From positions 27,445 through 91,444 of IMG/VR virus record IMGVR_UViG_3300027970_000012: 64,000 bases of DNA. One strand, 5' to 3'. Shown one piece after another: positions 36,453-48,500 of the stretch (the stretch's first letter is position 1; every line of letters begins with the position of its first letter). Under the pieces are notes generated by a model. That model did no database searches and was not told the origin of the DNA. It worked only from the letters and a program-made list of their open reading frames with translations. The stretch comes from a virus. Made by a program: the position numbers and the translations under genes.

Positions 36453-39400
36453 AACGTAGCAATAGCTCTCAGGTCACGAATCAATGGAACATTAGATTGA
36501 CTAGTTCCATTCATCATAATCTTTATTTGATATCCAGTAAATTGAGGCAGAGATTTTGCAGTAAATTCGTAATTTTTATACTCAGATAGAGTATTTGAAC
36601 TCTGAATTATTCTGTCTGAGCTTCCGTCATTCTTAGACAAATCTAAAGTATTTTTATTGTTATCTAGATTTGCGTATCCAGGGAACAACTCATATACCTG
36701 CTGCTCAGGAGGCATATTATCACGAATAAGACGATACGCAACTCTAATATCGTTTGTTGAGTGCCTATAGGCATCAAAAATGACGGAGAGAGAGTCTGCA
36801 GGCTGTTCTAGTGTAACTAACTTTGATACGTATACTGCAGCGTGTGGGTCCTGATAGAGTTCATTTACTCTACTATCATTGATATAGTTCAAAACTGGAC
36901 GGTCAATTCTATTGTTCGTAGCAATTATATTAATTCGGTCCAAATCTATAACAGGAGAAACTCTACGGTCATTTGTAGATAAAGTTAACTCCATAGTAAA
37001 TGATTTTTTATTTGGAAGTAGAGACAAATAATTAGTCTCATTTATCTTGGAGCAGATTATTCTTGGAGTACTGAAGAAATTATTTGAAGATAGTGCAATT
37101 GGTTCAAATCCCATATCTACAAAAGAAGCTTCTGTACCACTAATACTTGACCCAGAGATTGTTCGTATCTTTGCTGAAATATTTGTACTTTCGGGAAGTA
37201 AGGTTTGAATATTTGGTCTAATTGAGGACATTAATATATTTTGAGTAGCCTTTGGTCCACGAACAGTATTTGATTGAATTTCATTTGAAAAATATGACCC
37301 ACCAAATTTGGTTTGATTGAAGAATAGTATATCAACTAAACTCCTATCCGCTCCATTTGATGCAGTGTCAATCTTGATATGATAGCTATCTAATGTTGTT
37401 GGATATGCAATTTTATTCACAGTACTCAAATTATGAGTTCTATTGATTCTCAACAATGAGATTCCATTAAATTCATACTTCAACACGTAATCTCCTGTGG
37501 AATGATTTTGTGAAAAATAACTCTGTAGTAGAATTGGGTCTTCTGAGTTGATGAAATTTGAAGTAAATCTTTGAATTCCACCGATGGAGGACCCAACAGT
37601 GTCTACGCTGGTATATTTTATAATTTCGCTATTTATCAACACATATCCTGGATTATCCACAGAAATAGGAAGATTTTCAAACGTAGTTAAGATTCCAACA
37701 GAGTTTATATTCAGAGTAGTCGTATTTGGAATAACGTTGGAAGTTAATTTGAGTGGAGTAGTATCTGGCTCTACTCCAGTTAAGGATATAAAATTATTGT
37801 ACGCATACATTCCGTGATTATTATGCTGAACTTTAATGTGTAATCCGTCTGCAATTTCAATTGGAGTTGCTGAGACACGAGATGAGGAAATTGCACCACC
37901 ATTAACTACAATATTTGTAGGAGTATCTACATTCAATTGACCCTGCACATTAGTTAATAATATGCTATTGAATGCTGAAATTACACCAATGTTTGTGGGT
38001 ATTGTTATCAGTAAATCTCTACCCAGATTATTTGTAGAATTTGTGTCTATAGAGAGAACATCTCCTTGAATATATCCTGACCCGCCTGATATAACAGTAA
38101 CAGTTCTTGCAATTCCTGCAACAATTCCTATATTTGCAGCAGCACCTCTACCTAGACCAGTGAATGAAGTTAAGTTTACGTTATTATACGTAGTTGTAGT
38201 ATTACCGAAACTAACTTGTGGAGTACTGACGATTAGAGTAGAGCCAATTCCAATTGCACCGACAACTGATACTAAGTCAGAATTGAAATATGAATTAGAC
38301 TGTTGTGTTACTGTAGCTCCTGGAATTAATGCATTGATATCAGAATTTGTAAAACTCTTTCCAATGGAAGCCAATATCGTTCTTGAATATGCTAATATTG
38401 GATTATTTCGGAGAGAAACTACTTGATTGTTTCCAATATTGAGGTCTGGATTGTATAATTTGATACTACCACTAGTAGCAGTAAAGTCTGCTCTATATGT
38501 TGTAAACTTCAAATCCTCATATTGGCTTGGGTCCCAGGTAGAACCATTCTGAGATTTGAAGAGTGACCCCAAGAGTGGCTGCTGTGAAATAATTACTCTA
38601 TCACTCTCTGGTAATGTAGTTGTAGAGATTTCTGTCTCACCCATTCTAGATATCCAAACAGTATAGCTAGTAGATGCAGAAAGCAGTACAATTGCATATT
38701 CTCTACTTCCGTCTAAGTATACTGGAGATGGGAAATAGAATGTAGTTGGGACACTTCCATTTTCTGAGATATTTACTTTATCTGGATTTAGAGTAACAGT
38801 TCCAAATGGAATGATGACCTGAGTTGGAATTCCCAATTCAACCGTTCTAATTTGTAATGTTACTGGAATTCCACCTAAGTCTTTTCCTTGGAAATAAATA
38901 TCACACTTGGTTAAGAATATTCCATTTGTCTCATCAACGACAAAAGATTGAGCCAAGGGGTCAGTATATCTAACTGTTTGTGTACTTGAAGTATCAGTTA
39001 CGAGTCTCCGAGCAGTTACCTCTACTGTTTCAACATCAGCATTTCTAATCATTAAATTATTGGCTTCTACACTTTCCAGGACTCCAGTAGCAGTAAACTC
39101 ACCAATTCCTGAACTTTGACTTACTCCACCCACAACAGAGTTTATCTCACTTGTTGTGATAGTAAATGTTCTTGTACCTGTTTGGAAAACTGGTGTAGAT
39201 GGAATAGTTGGGTCAGGAATAAACAAGGACCCAATAAATGTACCATTTGAATCACTAATTAGTCTTAAATCGGATACTGTAGCAACAGCTCCACTGACTG
39301 TGCCCACCAATCTCATACCAATGGATATACAACCATAAAATTCAGATGCTCCAGTCAATTCCAGACTTGCAGTATCAATATTTAATGTAGTACTGGTTGG

Positions 39401-42400
39401 AGAGTAAATATTGGGCAATGAATCATTTGGATTGTAGATATTTTTTGAATATTCCTCTACCAATAGATTTGGTTCAATATTTTCACTACTTGAGTCAACT
39501 GGACCATATTTATGATTTTGCTTAACAAGTCTAAATCGTATTTGTTTTGACCCAAGAATTCCAGTAACAGTTTCTCCGACTATAAAGGTTCCAGCATTCA
39601 TATTGACTTCTATTAATTTCGGAATCATATACTCCGTCATATTCACATCATCAAAAAATGCGTAGAATCTAGTTGTAGGCTTCAATCGCGTTGCAATAAT
39701 TTCTATATTCCTAGACCTCATTGTAGTTACATTGGCCGTAGAAACAGTCTTATCTCCAAGACTGACCGTATCATATTGCTCAGTAACCTGAAACTGAGTT
39801 CCAGATTTCACTTGAGCTTGTGTAGTTGTAGTCGTGGTTGTAGTGACGGTTTCTAGATTCGTACCTGATGGTCTATCGGCTGCAAAATTACTACTTTCTG
39901 TAACATTAACGCTTGTTCCTGCCCAAGTTGTTTCCCAAGACCCCCATTGTACGGGAGATAGTCCAGTATTAGTGTCTACGCCTAAGCTAACCAAGGTAGA
40001 AGTATAGTTTCCATCAACAGTTCCAACTATTTGGTCATCCAATCTTCTGGTTTCAACCCAAGAATCGCTTGATGGATTGAATTCAATAGTACCAACCCAA
40101 TTTATGACTGCAAATGGATTAACATTTTCTATTCTTGTTGCAAATGGATTTTTTATGTACTCAACTTCGTCATAATTTAAGCAAACAATATCTCCAACTT
40201 TCTTAACTGAATTGGAACCCAAATCTACTGCATATCTTAAATCTACTGTAGATGTACTCTCTCCAATTCCAACTCCAGGAATTAAATCTAATGCTGTAGT
40301 ATAGTGAGAAGGACGCAAAATTCCATTTGCAGTATCTACACTTACTTTATAGTCTGGATTTTGAGTATCTCCAGAGTCCAATGACCTAAAGTTATCCACA
40401 AAGAATCCAGATTTGAATCTATCTAGCCCAGTATCAGTATCCCGAATGACCAAGTTTTTGGTGTCTTGCTCTAACAATGAAAGTAGAGTGTAATATTCTA
40501 TGTTCTTAACTCTAGCATCCAGTTTAGAGATATCCTGCATAGTATATCTCTTATGTTGATTATAGCTCACTGAGATTGTGTTGATATCTCTCAAATATGC
40601 TGGAATTGTAAATGTTGCAATTTCTAGTGCATTATCAAAATTCTGTGGATTAGTTGGAGGTAAAGTTGGAATTCCTGTACTCAATACAAAATTACCAGTC
40701 TTATATAAGAATAGCTTATCTATTCTTGGTAGATAATAGTCATAGCTAAGGCTTATTGTAGAATTCTTGGAGAAAATATATGGAGAGGAACTTGAAACTT
40801 CTGTAAATATTCTAGATTTAGCTTCAAATGGAGAAAATGTACCACTATATGCGGAAACAATAGGCCTAAAATCTAGAATATCCGACGCATACAGATTTCC
40901 AGTTTTTGGTAAATCTTTAGCATATCTAGCAAAATCATATGATGAAATGGATACAATATCTCCAGAAGAATTAGAAGGTGTAGTATAATTATTGTATATA
41001 ATTCTAATCTTTCTACTTGGAATATTTGAATTATCATTTCTAATAATTCTAGAGAAATCTAAATACTGCTCTCTATATCCAGAATCTAGAGCATACAAAT
41101 TGGTAATGTTGTTATCTCCAAGATTAGATTCACTAATCACCGCAGAAATCCCACTCTCTTCAAATTGTACCAGTTCTCCTACAATGAATGCATTTTCATT
41201 TGCTCCCACATATTCAATTTTAGTGGAGTTCAGATAACCTACAAAATATCCAACGGAATTACTATTGCTACCAATTATCTTCTCACCTTTGATTACATTT
41301 AATATAGATGAAGATGGAGTAGATAGAACTAAAGATGGAATTTCGGGGTCTGCGGTAGAAGAACTCTGATATATTCCCAATACTTTAATTGCTTCTGGAA
41401 CATTGAGTGAAATTTCCCTATCCTGAACTCTTAGTCCATATGCTCCACTATAGGTGAGCCCATCATTTAATGTAGTTGCACCCAATCCAGAGGATACTAA
41501 ATTAGAGTTTGTGATGATACTAGAAGAACATCTATTGAAAGTTTTTCTTCTGGATGATGCTCTGTTGAGTTTACAAGTTGCAATTAATGTAACCAAACCA
41601 GTTTGAGTTAATTTTGAAATTGTTAGAGATTTTCTATCTGAAGAGAAATTTATATTGTCAAACTCTACTAATGGTACAATATTTCCACCGTTTACATAAC
41701 TTAAAGTATAATTCTCTTCATCAAAAGATTCAAATGCTAAGTTAGCCTCACTTAGAACATAAGTGATTGAACTAGAGGAAACGTTTGTACCACTGAAGGT
41801 TTTCTTAATATTAAATGAAGTTCTACTCAGGTCTACTCCAACTGAATTATTATACTTCAAATTCAAATATAGATTTGATTTAGGATTTATAACGATTGGC
41901 TCTACTTTTTTTATGTCCGTGGTAGTTATTAATGATGTAGGCAGAGAACCACTACTCACACCAGATATAGACTGAGTTGGAATAATGCTGAATATATTTT
42001 GGCTTTGACTTATATTACTAACTCTATTGTATGTTGGTAATACTTCTCCCTGCTTAGTATATGAAATAACGTCTCCAACGTTAATAATATTGAAGAATAA
42101 TGTGGATGCGCTCACAGTACTTATTCCCGAAGATGCTGCAGATACTGTAAAGTTTTGTGAAATATTTGAGATATAGCTGGATTTAGATAATACTGGGTCC
42201 GCAGTAAAAGTTCCTATGGATACATTAGATGAATTTGCTACGACTTGATGAACATCTCCAAGTTGATAGTCCTTAATAGTAGCAATTATCTTATTACTAC
42301 TAACTCCATCTACTTTTATTGGTTCATTTAAATTAAATGAACCAGATACATCGTATAGAAATAATTGATTACTATTACTCACAGATTGGTATAAAAATCC

Positions 42401-43879
42401 TCTTGCTCCACTACTATATCCTTCAATTAACTTTGGAGTAGTTAAGGATGTGAAATTTGTATTCAGTTCAATTCTAGTGAAAAGTTGAGTATCATATAGT
42501 GAAATTTCATACTGAGTTTGTGAGCCAGAATGACGAACTCCAGCACTTTCGTAGTCATATACCTTAGAAATTCCAATTAGCTGACCACTAGAAACTCCAA
42601 CATTTGCTGTTCTAGAATCATATAATAGTATCTGAGATGTAGTAAGAAATCCAACAGGAATTGTTCCATAGACATTATTTACTACCAATATATTTCCACT
42701 ATTGATTTGTAGATTTTCATCTACGGATTTGTCGGTAGTTCTTGGCTTCTGAAAATCTAATAGAGTTGATTGTGCGTCTATTTCATATCCTCTGACGTAT
42801 GCCTTTCCAGACGAAATAGAAATGCATCCTAAATCATCACTTGCAATATTACCTTCTCTGGTTTGTTCTCCAGCATAAAATATACCATTATTTCCAATTC
42901 TGTCATTTACACATTCTTTTAATGAAATATTGAATGGTCTAACATAGTAGTCTCCACTCTCATCATAAGTTCTTCTTGCGAGTTCATCCCGAATTAAATT
43001 GTAATTCGTATCATCTACGAATTTCTCAATATTACCATTTCTTACTCTAATTAATTCTATAAAATTTTCATCATTGAAGTTATCAATATCCTTTTTGATT
43101 AAACTTGTAGTTATGATAAATCTGTCTGCACCAGGAGCAACATAATTTGAAAATCCCTGAGCATTGTCGTATAAATCTGGATATTCATCTGATGCAGTAA
43201 TGATTTCCTCACTGATAACAAATCCAATTCTATATGATGGAGTATTGGAATATTGGTCCAGAATTACAGTTTCTTTTTTTGTTTCTATGAAATATCCTCT
43301 AATGAAAAATATTCCTGATTCTATTTTTGCAGCAGAGCCGATAGCAGTGGAATTATTGGATAGAGTAGTTGCAAATGTACTATTTGCACGAATTGAGGAA
43401 TTTGAAAATAAAATATTGTCTATAGTAATTAAAGCTTCTCCATCTGCAAATTTAGATACGATGAAATTTGTATCACTAGATGAAATATACTTGATATAAA
43501 GTGTATAGTTTGAATTCTCTGACTCAGAATTTGTAATATAGTTTTCAACTATTGCAGTTACTCCACTGGTCTGCCCTTTTACAGTTTTTCCAATTAAATT
43601 TTGAACATATGCAGAAACTGGTATTCCTAAATGAGTACTATTAATTTGTACACAAGTATAATTTGGGTCATAAGCAATTTGCCCAGGAATGACCACAGAC
43701 CCATCTTTGAAGAAATGATTTCCAAATTTTTCAATTTGATTCTGAAGTATTGTTTGTAGAGTGGTTAATTCTCTTGCTTGAACTGGAAGTCCAGGATTAA
43801 ATAATACCTTTTGATAATTTCTGCTCGCATCAAAATCATCAAAATATGGAGATACATTTAAATTTGTATTTTGTGGCAT
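36449..43879 (-). CDS. Large virion structural protein (VrlC/DUF4815-like)
   Basis: NLNVSPYFDDFD, QARELT, APGADR, RFKSGFFVDNF, DPLAQSF; 2476 aa. Confidence 0.88.
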   Translation of the reverse strand: MPQNTNLNVSPYFDDFDASRNYQKVLFNPGLPVQARELTTLQTILQNQIEKFGNHFFKDGSVVIPGQIAYDPNYTCVQINSTHLGIPVSAYVQNLIGKTVKGQTSGVTAIVENYITNSESENSNYTLYIKYISSSDTNFIVSKFADGEALITIDNILFSNSSIRANSTFATTLSNNSTAIGSAAKIESGIFFIRGYFIETKKETVILDQYSNTPSYRIGFVISEEIITASDEYPDLYDNAQGFSNYVAPGADRFIITTSLIKKDIDNFNDENFIELIRVRNGNIEKFVDDTNYNLIRDELARRTYDESGDYYVRPFNISLKECVNDRIGNNGIFYAGEQTREGNIASDDLGCISISSGKAYVRGYEIDAQSTLLDFQKPRTTDKSVDENLQINSGNILVVNNVYGTIPVGFLTTSQILLYDSRTANVGVSSGQLIGISKVYDYESAGVRHSGSQTQYEISLYDTQLFTRIELNTNFTSLTTPKLIEGYSSGARGFLYQSVSNSNQLFLYDVSGSFNLNEPIKVDGVSSNKIIATIKDYQLGDVHQVVANSSNVSIGTFTADPVLSKSSYISNISQNFTVSAASSGISTVSASTLFFNIINVGDVISYTKQGEVLPTYNRVSNISQSQNIFSIIPTQSISGVSSGSLPTSLITTTDIKKVEPIVINPKSNLYLNLKYNNSVGVDLSRTSFNIKKTFSGTNVSSSSITYVLSEANLAFESFDEENYTLSYVNGGNIVPLVEFDNINFSSDRKSLTISKLTQTGLVTLIATCKLNRASSRRKTFNRCSSSIITNSNLVSSGLGATTLNDGLTYSGAYGLRVQDREISLNVPEAIKVLGIYQSSSTADPEIPSLVLSTPSSSILNVIKGEKIIGSNSNSVGYFVGYLNSTKIEYVGANENAFIVGELVQFEESGISAVISESNLGDNNITNLYALDSGYREQYLDFSRIIRNDNSNIPSRKIRIIYNNYTTPSNSSGDIVSISSYDFARYAKDLPKTGNLYASDILDFRPIVSAYSGTFSPFEAKSRIFTEVSSSSPYIFSKNSTISLSYDYYLPRIDKLFLYKTGNFVLSTGIPTLPPTNPQNFDNALEIATFTIPAYLRDINTISVSYNQHKRYTMQDISKLDARVKNIEYYTLLSLLEQDTKNLVIRDTDTGLDRFKSGFFVDNFRSLDSGDTQNPDYKVSVDTANGILRPSHYTTALDLIPGVGIGESTSTVDLRYAVDLGSNSVKKVGDIVCLNYDEVEYIKNPFATRIENVNPFAVINWVGTIEFNPSSDSWVETRRLDDQIVGTVDGNYTSTLVSLGVDTNTGLSPVQWGSWETTWAGTSVNVTESSNFAADRPSGTNLETVTTTTTTTTQAQVKSGTQFQVTEQYDTVSLGDKTVSTANVTTMRSRNIEIIATRLKPTTRFYAFFDDVNMTEYMIPKLIEVNMNAGTFIVGETVTGILGSKQIRFRLVKQNHKYGPVDSSSENIEPNLLVEEYSKNIYNPNDSLPNIYSPTSTTLNIDTASLELTGASEFYGCISIGMRLVGTVSGAVATVSDLRLISDSNGTFIGSLFIPDPTIPSTPVFQTGTRTFTITTSEINSVVGGVSQSSGIGEFTATGVLESVEANNLMIRNADVETVEVTARRLVTDTSSTQTVRYTDPLAQSFVVDETNGIFLTKCDIYFQGKDLGGIPVTLQIRTVELGIPTQVIIPFGTVTLNPDKVNISENGSVPTTFYFPSPVYLDGSREYAIVLLSASTSYTVWISRMGETEISTTTLPESDRVIISQQPLLGSLFKSQNGSTWDPSQYEDLKFTTYRADFTATSGSIKLYNPDLNIGNNQVVSLRNNPILAYSRTILASIGKSFTNSDINALIPGATVTQQSNSYFNSDLVSVVGAIGIGSTLIVSTPQVSFGNTTTTYNNVNLTSFTGLGRGAAANIGIVAGIARTVTVISGGSGYIQGDVLSIDTNSTNNLGRDLLITIPTNIGVISAFNSILLTNVQGQLNVDTPTNIVVNGGAISSSRVSATPIEIADGLHIKVQHNNHGMYAYNNFISLTGVEPDTTPLKLTSNVIPNTTTLNINSVGILTTFENLPISVDNPGYVLINSEIIKYTSVDTVGSSIGGIQRFTSNFINSEDPILLQSYFSQNHSTGDYVLKYEFNGISLLRINRTHNLSTVNKIAYPTTLDSYHIKIDTASNGADRSLVDILFFNQTKFGGSYFSNEIQSNTVRGPKATQNILMSSIRPNIQTLLPESTNISAKIRTISGSSISGTEASFVDMGFEPIALSSNNFFSTPRIICSKINETNYLSLLPNKKSFTMELTLSTNDRRVSPVIDLDRINIIATNNRIDRPVLNYINDSRVNELYQDPHAAVYVSKLVTLEQPADSLSVIFDAYRHSTNDIRVAYRLIRDNMPPEQQVYELFPGYANLDNNKNTLDLSKNDGSSDRIIQSSNTLSEYKNYEFTAKSLPQFTGYQIKIMMNGTSQSNVPLIRDLRAIATL

Positions 43880-43885
43880 TTTTAA

Positions 43886-45475
43886 TTAGAACTCCAATAT
43901 AATTTTGATATCTTCTTTCTGAGAAACAGTTCTGGGAATGGGAAATCTATTATCAAGATATATCAGCTCTCCGGACTTTTTATTATATTCTACAGAAGAT
44001 ATACCAGAAATAAAATAACTACCTAATTGATATGTCCTATTATTTATGACGGTACTAATTCCATTAAATCCAGTAGCAATGGCCAAATCTGTTCCTTGAG
44101 ATAGAGAACCATTGATTACGATATTCCCACCTACATCAGGAGAAGAAGTGAATGGATATATCTTATATCCAACTCCAACAGTTGCTAATCCAACTGGCTG
44201 ATAGTATTTCAATACTCCAGTAATATTATTCCAAGAAGCAACAAATCCAACTGCAGTTTTTCCTGTGCCTATGGTTTGAGTTATAATGGAATCTGAGTTA
44301 TATGTAGTTAGTGAGGTTATTCCAGCAAGCTTAAGTGATTGTAATCCACTCGCTTCATACTTATTTAAAATTTCTACATTACTTCCAACTACGGTAGGAT
44401 TTTTCAATATTCCAATAGAAGCAAAATCGTTTCCTGAAATTGTGTCCGGATTGTTAGTATCATTCTCAAATCTAGAATATACTAATACTCTATATGCTCC
44501 GAGTTCCCGATAAATGTCATATCCGTGTCCACCTTTAGGAGGAATGACGACTTCAAATTCGGCCAAAGTACCAGTATTAGTAAGTGTAGAAGTTATTCCA
44601 GGTGCTCCAGGAATAAACTTAACAATTCCCCGAGTATATCCAGCTCCACCATCAGTTACGAATATATCACTCACTTTTCCAAATGAATCTACTGTAATTG
44701 TAACTTTACCGTCATCACCATCTCCTAATATAGGAACATTAGTAAAAGTATTTGAGATTGGTTGATATCCAACTCCACGATTTTTTATAGTTACAATTTC
44801 AATTTTACCATCAATAGCATTTTCTTTAATTGAAATTGAATCGTCTACGGTTCCCCAATTTTCTGGAATAGGAATAAACTCAATACTATCAAATTTTATA
44901 ATCTCAATTGGCTTTATTGTAAATAAGTACTTCCAAATATATCCATCACCACTAGCTCCAGCAGGTCTAGGCTCTAAGTCTACAAATGTTGGCTCATCAA
45001 TAGATGGTCTTCCTGATGGATAATCTGGACTAGAGCCATTTTGTAAACATATGTAAACTTTCAAATCCTCATTTACTACAAAATATTTGGAATCATATAA
45101 ACTTGGCTGAGAATTTAAAGGAGTTCTATTGTAGATGTCATAATCGTGCCTATACATTTCATATGTATCTCCAGCAAACCAGGAATTTTTGGGAACCACT
45201 CTTCTTACATCTTTACTTGTAATTTGTCTTAGACTCAATATAGTCTCCTTTACTTCAGACTCTTCTTTAAATCCATCTCTGGGTGAGGGTCCATCTCCCC
45301 AGTTCGGAGACCCATACGCTAATAAATTTTGACTATTTGGTTGACCAATAAATGTATAATATCTACTTGTAGTATCACCTATAGAGATAACTCGGGCATC
45401 AGAAATATCAGAAAAACTCTTAATGAAGTTCTCCGCATTTGCAATTCTAAATTGTTCTGTAATTATTGCTGGCAT
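43886..45475 (-). CDS. gp8: Baseplate wedge subunit
   Basis: VYICLQN, DGYIWKYLF, PPKGGHG, QKEDIKIILEF. Confidence 0.92.
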   Translation of the reverse strand: MPAIITEQFRIANAENFIKSFSDISDARVISIGDTTSRYYTFIGQPNSQNLLAYGSPNWGDGPSPRDGFKEESEVKETILSLRQITSKDVRRVVPKNSWFAGDTYEMYRHDYDIYNRTPLNSQPSLYDSKYFVVNEDLKVYICLQNGSSPDYPSGRPSIDEPTFVDLEPRPAGASGDGYIWKYLFTIKPIEIIKFDSIEFIPIPENWGTVDDSISIKENAIDGKIEIVTIKNRGVGYQPISNTFTNVPILGDGDDGKVTITVDSFGKVSDIFVTDGGAGYTRGIVKFIPGAPGITSTLTNTGTLAEFEVVIPPKGGHGYDIYRELGAYRVLVYSRFENDTNNPDTISGNDFASIGILKNPTVVGSNVEILNKYEASGLQSLKLAGITSLTTYNSDSIITQTIGTGKTAVGFVASWNNITGVLKYYQPVGLATVGVGYKIYPFTSSPDVGGNIVINGSLSQGTDLAIATGFNGISTVINNRTYQLGSYFISGISSVEYNKKSGELIYLDNRFPIPRTVSQKEDIKIILEF

Positions 45476-45491
45476 TTTTAGATGTTTTTAG

Positions 45492-45499
45492 TATTTATA
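45492..45499 (-). promoter_or_regulatory. T4-type late promoter for gp8
   Basis: Exact TATAAATA. Confidence 0.7.
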
Positions 45500-45503
45500 C
45501 GAA

Positions 45504-48500
45504 TTATAATAGCCCTCTAGTTCTATACATCATTGGACCACTAGATAGCCCAATCAATCCATTGTCTTTATTCACCACAAATGCTTTAGGATTCTTTCTG
45601 GACCTATTTTGGTAATCGTATACAATACCAAAACTATAGTTACCGTAAAATCCGATGGTGTTTACACCAGAGTTTATGGTTATATTACCAGAAGAATTTG
45701 GTACAAAACTACATCTAACTGTAGAAATCCCTAGAGTTGGTGTGGTAACATTCTCAGCTTTATAGATACCATCAATAAATGTATTTGCCGTTCCAATTTT
45801 GGAATTTGGATAGTTAGACATACCACCGAGACTTGTGGTAATTCCTGTTAGAGCGTGACTACAGATTACATTACTATTGTTGATAATGAAATAATCTCCA
45901 CGTATCAAAGGAGAATATTGCATATTTGGAATGGTATTGATATAATTACGTGATGACAACTTGAACTCAATCGCAGGCGAGTTGGTTCCAAATCCAACAT
46001 TACCAGTTGGATATACGGTTACATCTACAATATTTCCATAATCGCCACGAGCTTTAATGGAGTATATTTGTTCGGAATCTACATACTCGGTTTCTACTAT
46101 ATTTGGAGCAGTTGAATTATATCCGAATCCACCATTAGTTACAGTAATGGAAGACAACCTTCCATCAGTTGCTGTAGCATTTGCAGTTGCTTTATTGATT
46201 TGAGGAGTAGAGTATGAAATAAATCCACTTGAACCTACAGAGATATATCCAGAATTATCAGATGTATCTATTGGAAGAATATCTAAAATTGAGTAGGAAT
46301 CATCAACTACTCTAGAAACCCAACTTCTTAAGTCCAAAGAAAAATATAATTTTCCAGAATTATCTAAAATGGTATACAAGTTATTATAATATCTTATCTT
46401 CAAGATATTGCTTACTATATTTGTAGGAATTAACGTCCAAGAAGATGCTCCAATATCTGAAGTTAAGACTGTGCCATCATCTCCCACAGCAACAAAATTC
46501 ATTCCAGTCCAAATCACACAGTTTAAATTCTTATTGGTAGGTACATTAACTACCGAATCCCATATCAATCCGATATCTGAATATAGTATGGTTCCTAGAC
46601 TACCAACAGATATAATATAATTTGAATTTGAACAAGTTGAAACCATATTCTCTATTCCAATTCCAACTTCATATAATCTATCTGTGGAAATTCCAGAACC
46701 GATAAATATTTTTCCAGAATTTCCTGACCCAACTACTACATCTCTTGATGCATCATATATTATGGAATTGATATTACCCTGATATGTACTTATGGACCCT
46801 GTTGGAGGAGAACCAATAGTTTGAATAAGTTTAATCAAATAAATTCGATTCCAACTAGTATTTGAGGTAACACTAGTACATCCATATGCTAATGCAGAAT
46901 TACCAACCACCACGCACTGATTATTCTTAACTGCTATAGCGTTGAAGTCTACATCAGGATTAATTTTTCTTCCAGAATTCCACACAGTAGAATTGTAGCT
47001 AAATGCGTATTCTCCAGAATTTCCAACAGAAACCCAAACTTTATCAAAAGCGACAGAATTAAATTGATTTGACGTTACAATTCCTACATTACTAGACCAA
47101 TTTAAAATTGGGTCAAATTTTATTAAGTTTGGAGCGGATACACTTATTTTTGGTGAAATTACATTTTTATATCCACTTCCAGGATTCACAATATCAAATG
47201 ATACAATAGTTCCTGCAGTAGAAACTATTGATGTAACCATAGGTTGAATAATTTCTCGGTTATCTAGAATAATCACATCTCGTAAATCTTCGTTTAATTT
47301 TCTAGTTTCATCAATATCCTCAAATAGTGGTAGTGCGCTATCCACATAAAGAACAGTATCGTTACGAGATACATCTTTAATAATATTAGCCACAGGAATA
47401 GTTCTAGAAGTTAAACTTGGCCTAGATTTTGAATAGATAGAACCATTTAGTATTCTATCTGTAGTCTGCTTAGTCCAATCCAGTGGTCTAATTTTATCTG
47501 AAGTGGTTAGAATTCCGATGCTATCATATGGGAATGTATCAATAATATTAGTTCCCACCACATCTTTAACAACTCTCTCAAATTGTGAAACATCAAATGG
47601 GTCATAAATGTTTTCAGTGATTTTAACACTATCTCCAGTTTTTATTGTTTTTGGTGGGTCTACTTGCTCTACATCTAAATCTGAGCCTCTGAAATATAGA
47701 ATGTTGCACTTTGAGCCAGATTTTGGAGCCTCAGTGAAGGATATTCTACCTGCAGAATAGGTGTATGAGATATCAGGAACTTGTAGTATATCATTTATGA
47801 AAACGAACAAATTATTTTGTATCTTAATATCGTTGGTATTTGTTCTAATGCTTACTACATTAGTTACTCCCAATATTGTCTTACTGATAATGAATCTCTT
47901 TTTGATTCCATTGAAACTAGATGAGATATTATCAAATTGAACAAATTGACCAGGATACCATCCAACAAAATTATCTGTGATAGTCTCTAGTACTGTTACT
48001 CGGAATTGACTAAAGTTCACGGTATTTGGAATGGTTGTAATACCAGAGATAACCAAATTGTCTCCTACACTATAGCCAACTCCAGTGGAATTCAATTCAA
48101 ATGAAATGATACTAGACCCATTTCCCACTATGATAGAAGCTTTAGCTCCTTGGCCTTGTCCAGAACTTCCACTAGCATAGGATAGACTCATATTATAATA
48201 ATTTTGAGGTATATCAATTCTTACCTGAGGTAAGATTGAATTTGTGTAACCAGACCCTGGATTTATAATACTTAATGATGTTATTGTGCCCGATGTTCCA
48301 ATGGTAGCTACAATTGACGCTCCTGTTCCCACAGTAGATGCAATACTTATGCTTGGAGCACTCCGATAACCAGCTCCAAAGCCTGTTAAGTATACATTGG
48401 AGAGTGTACCTAAGCCAGATACCGCAACGGTTGCAGAGGCTCCTACGAGAGGCATATAACCAAACCCTGTTGTGTATCCGACTCTACTTATTTTACCCGC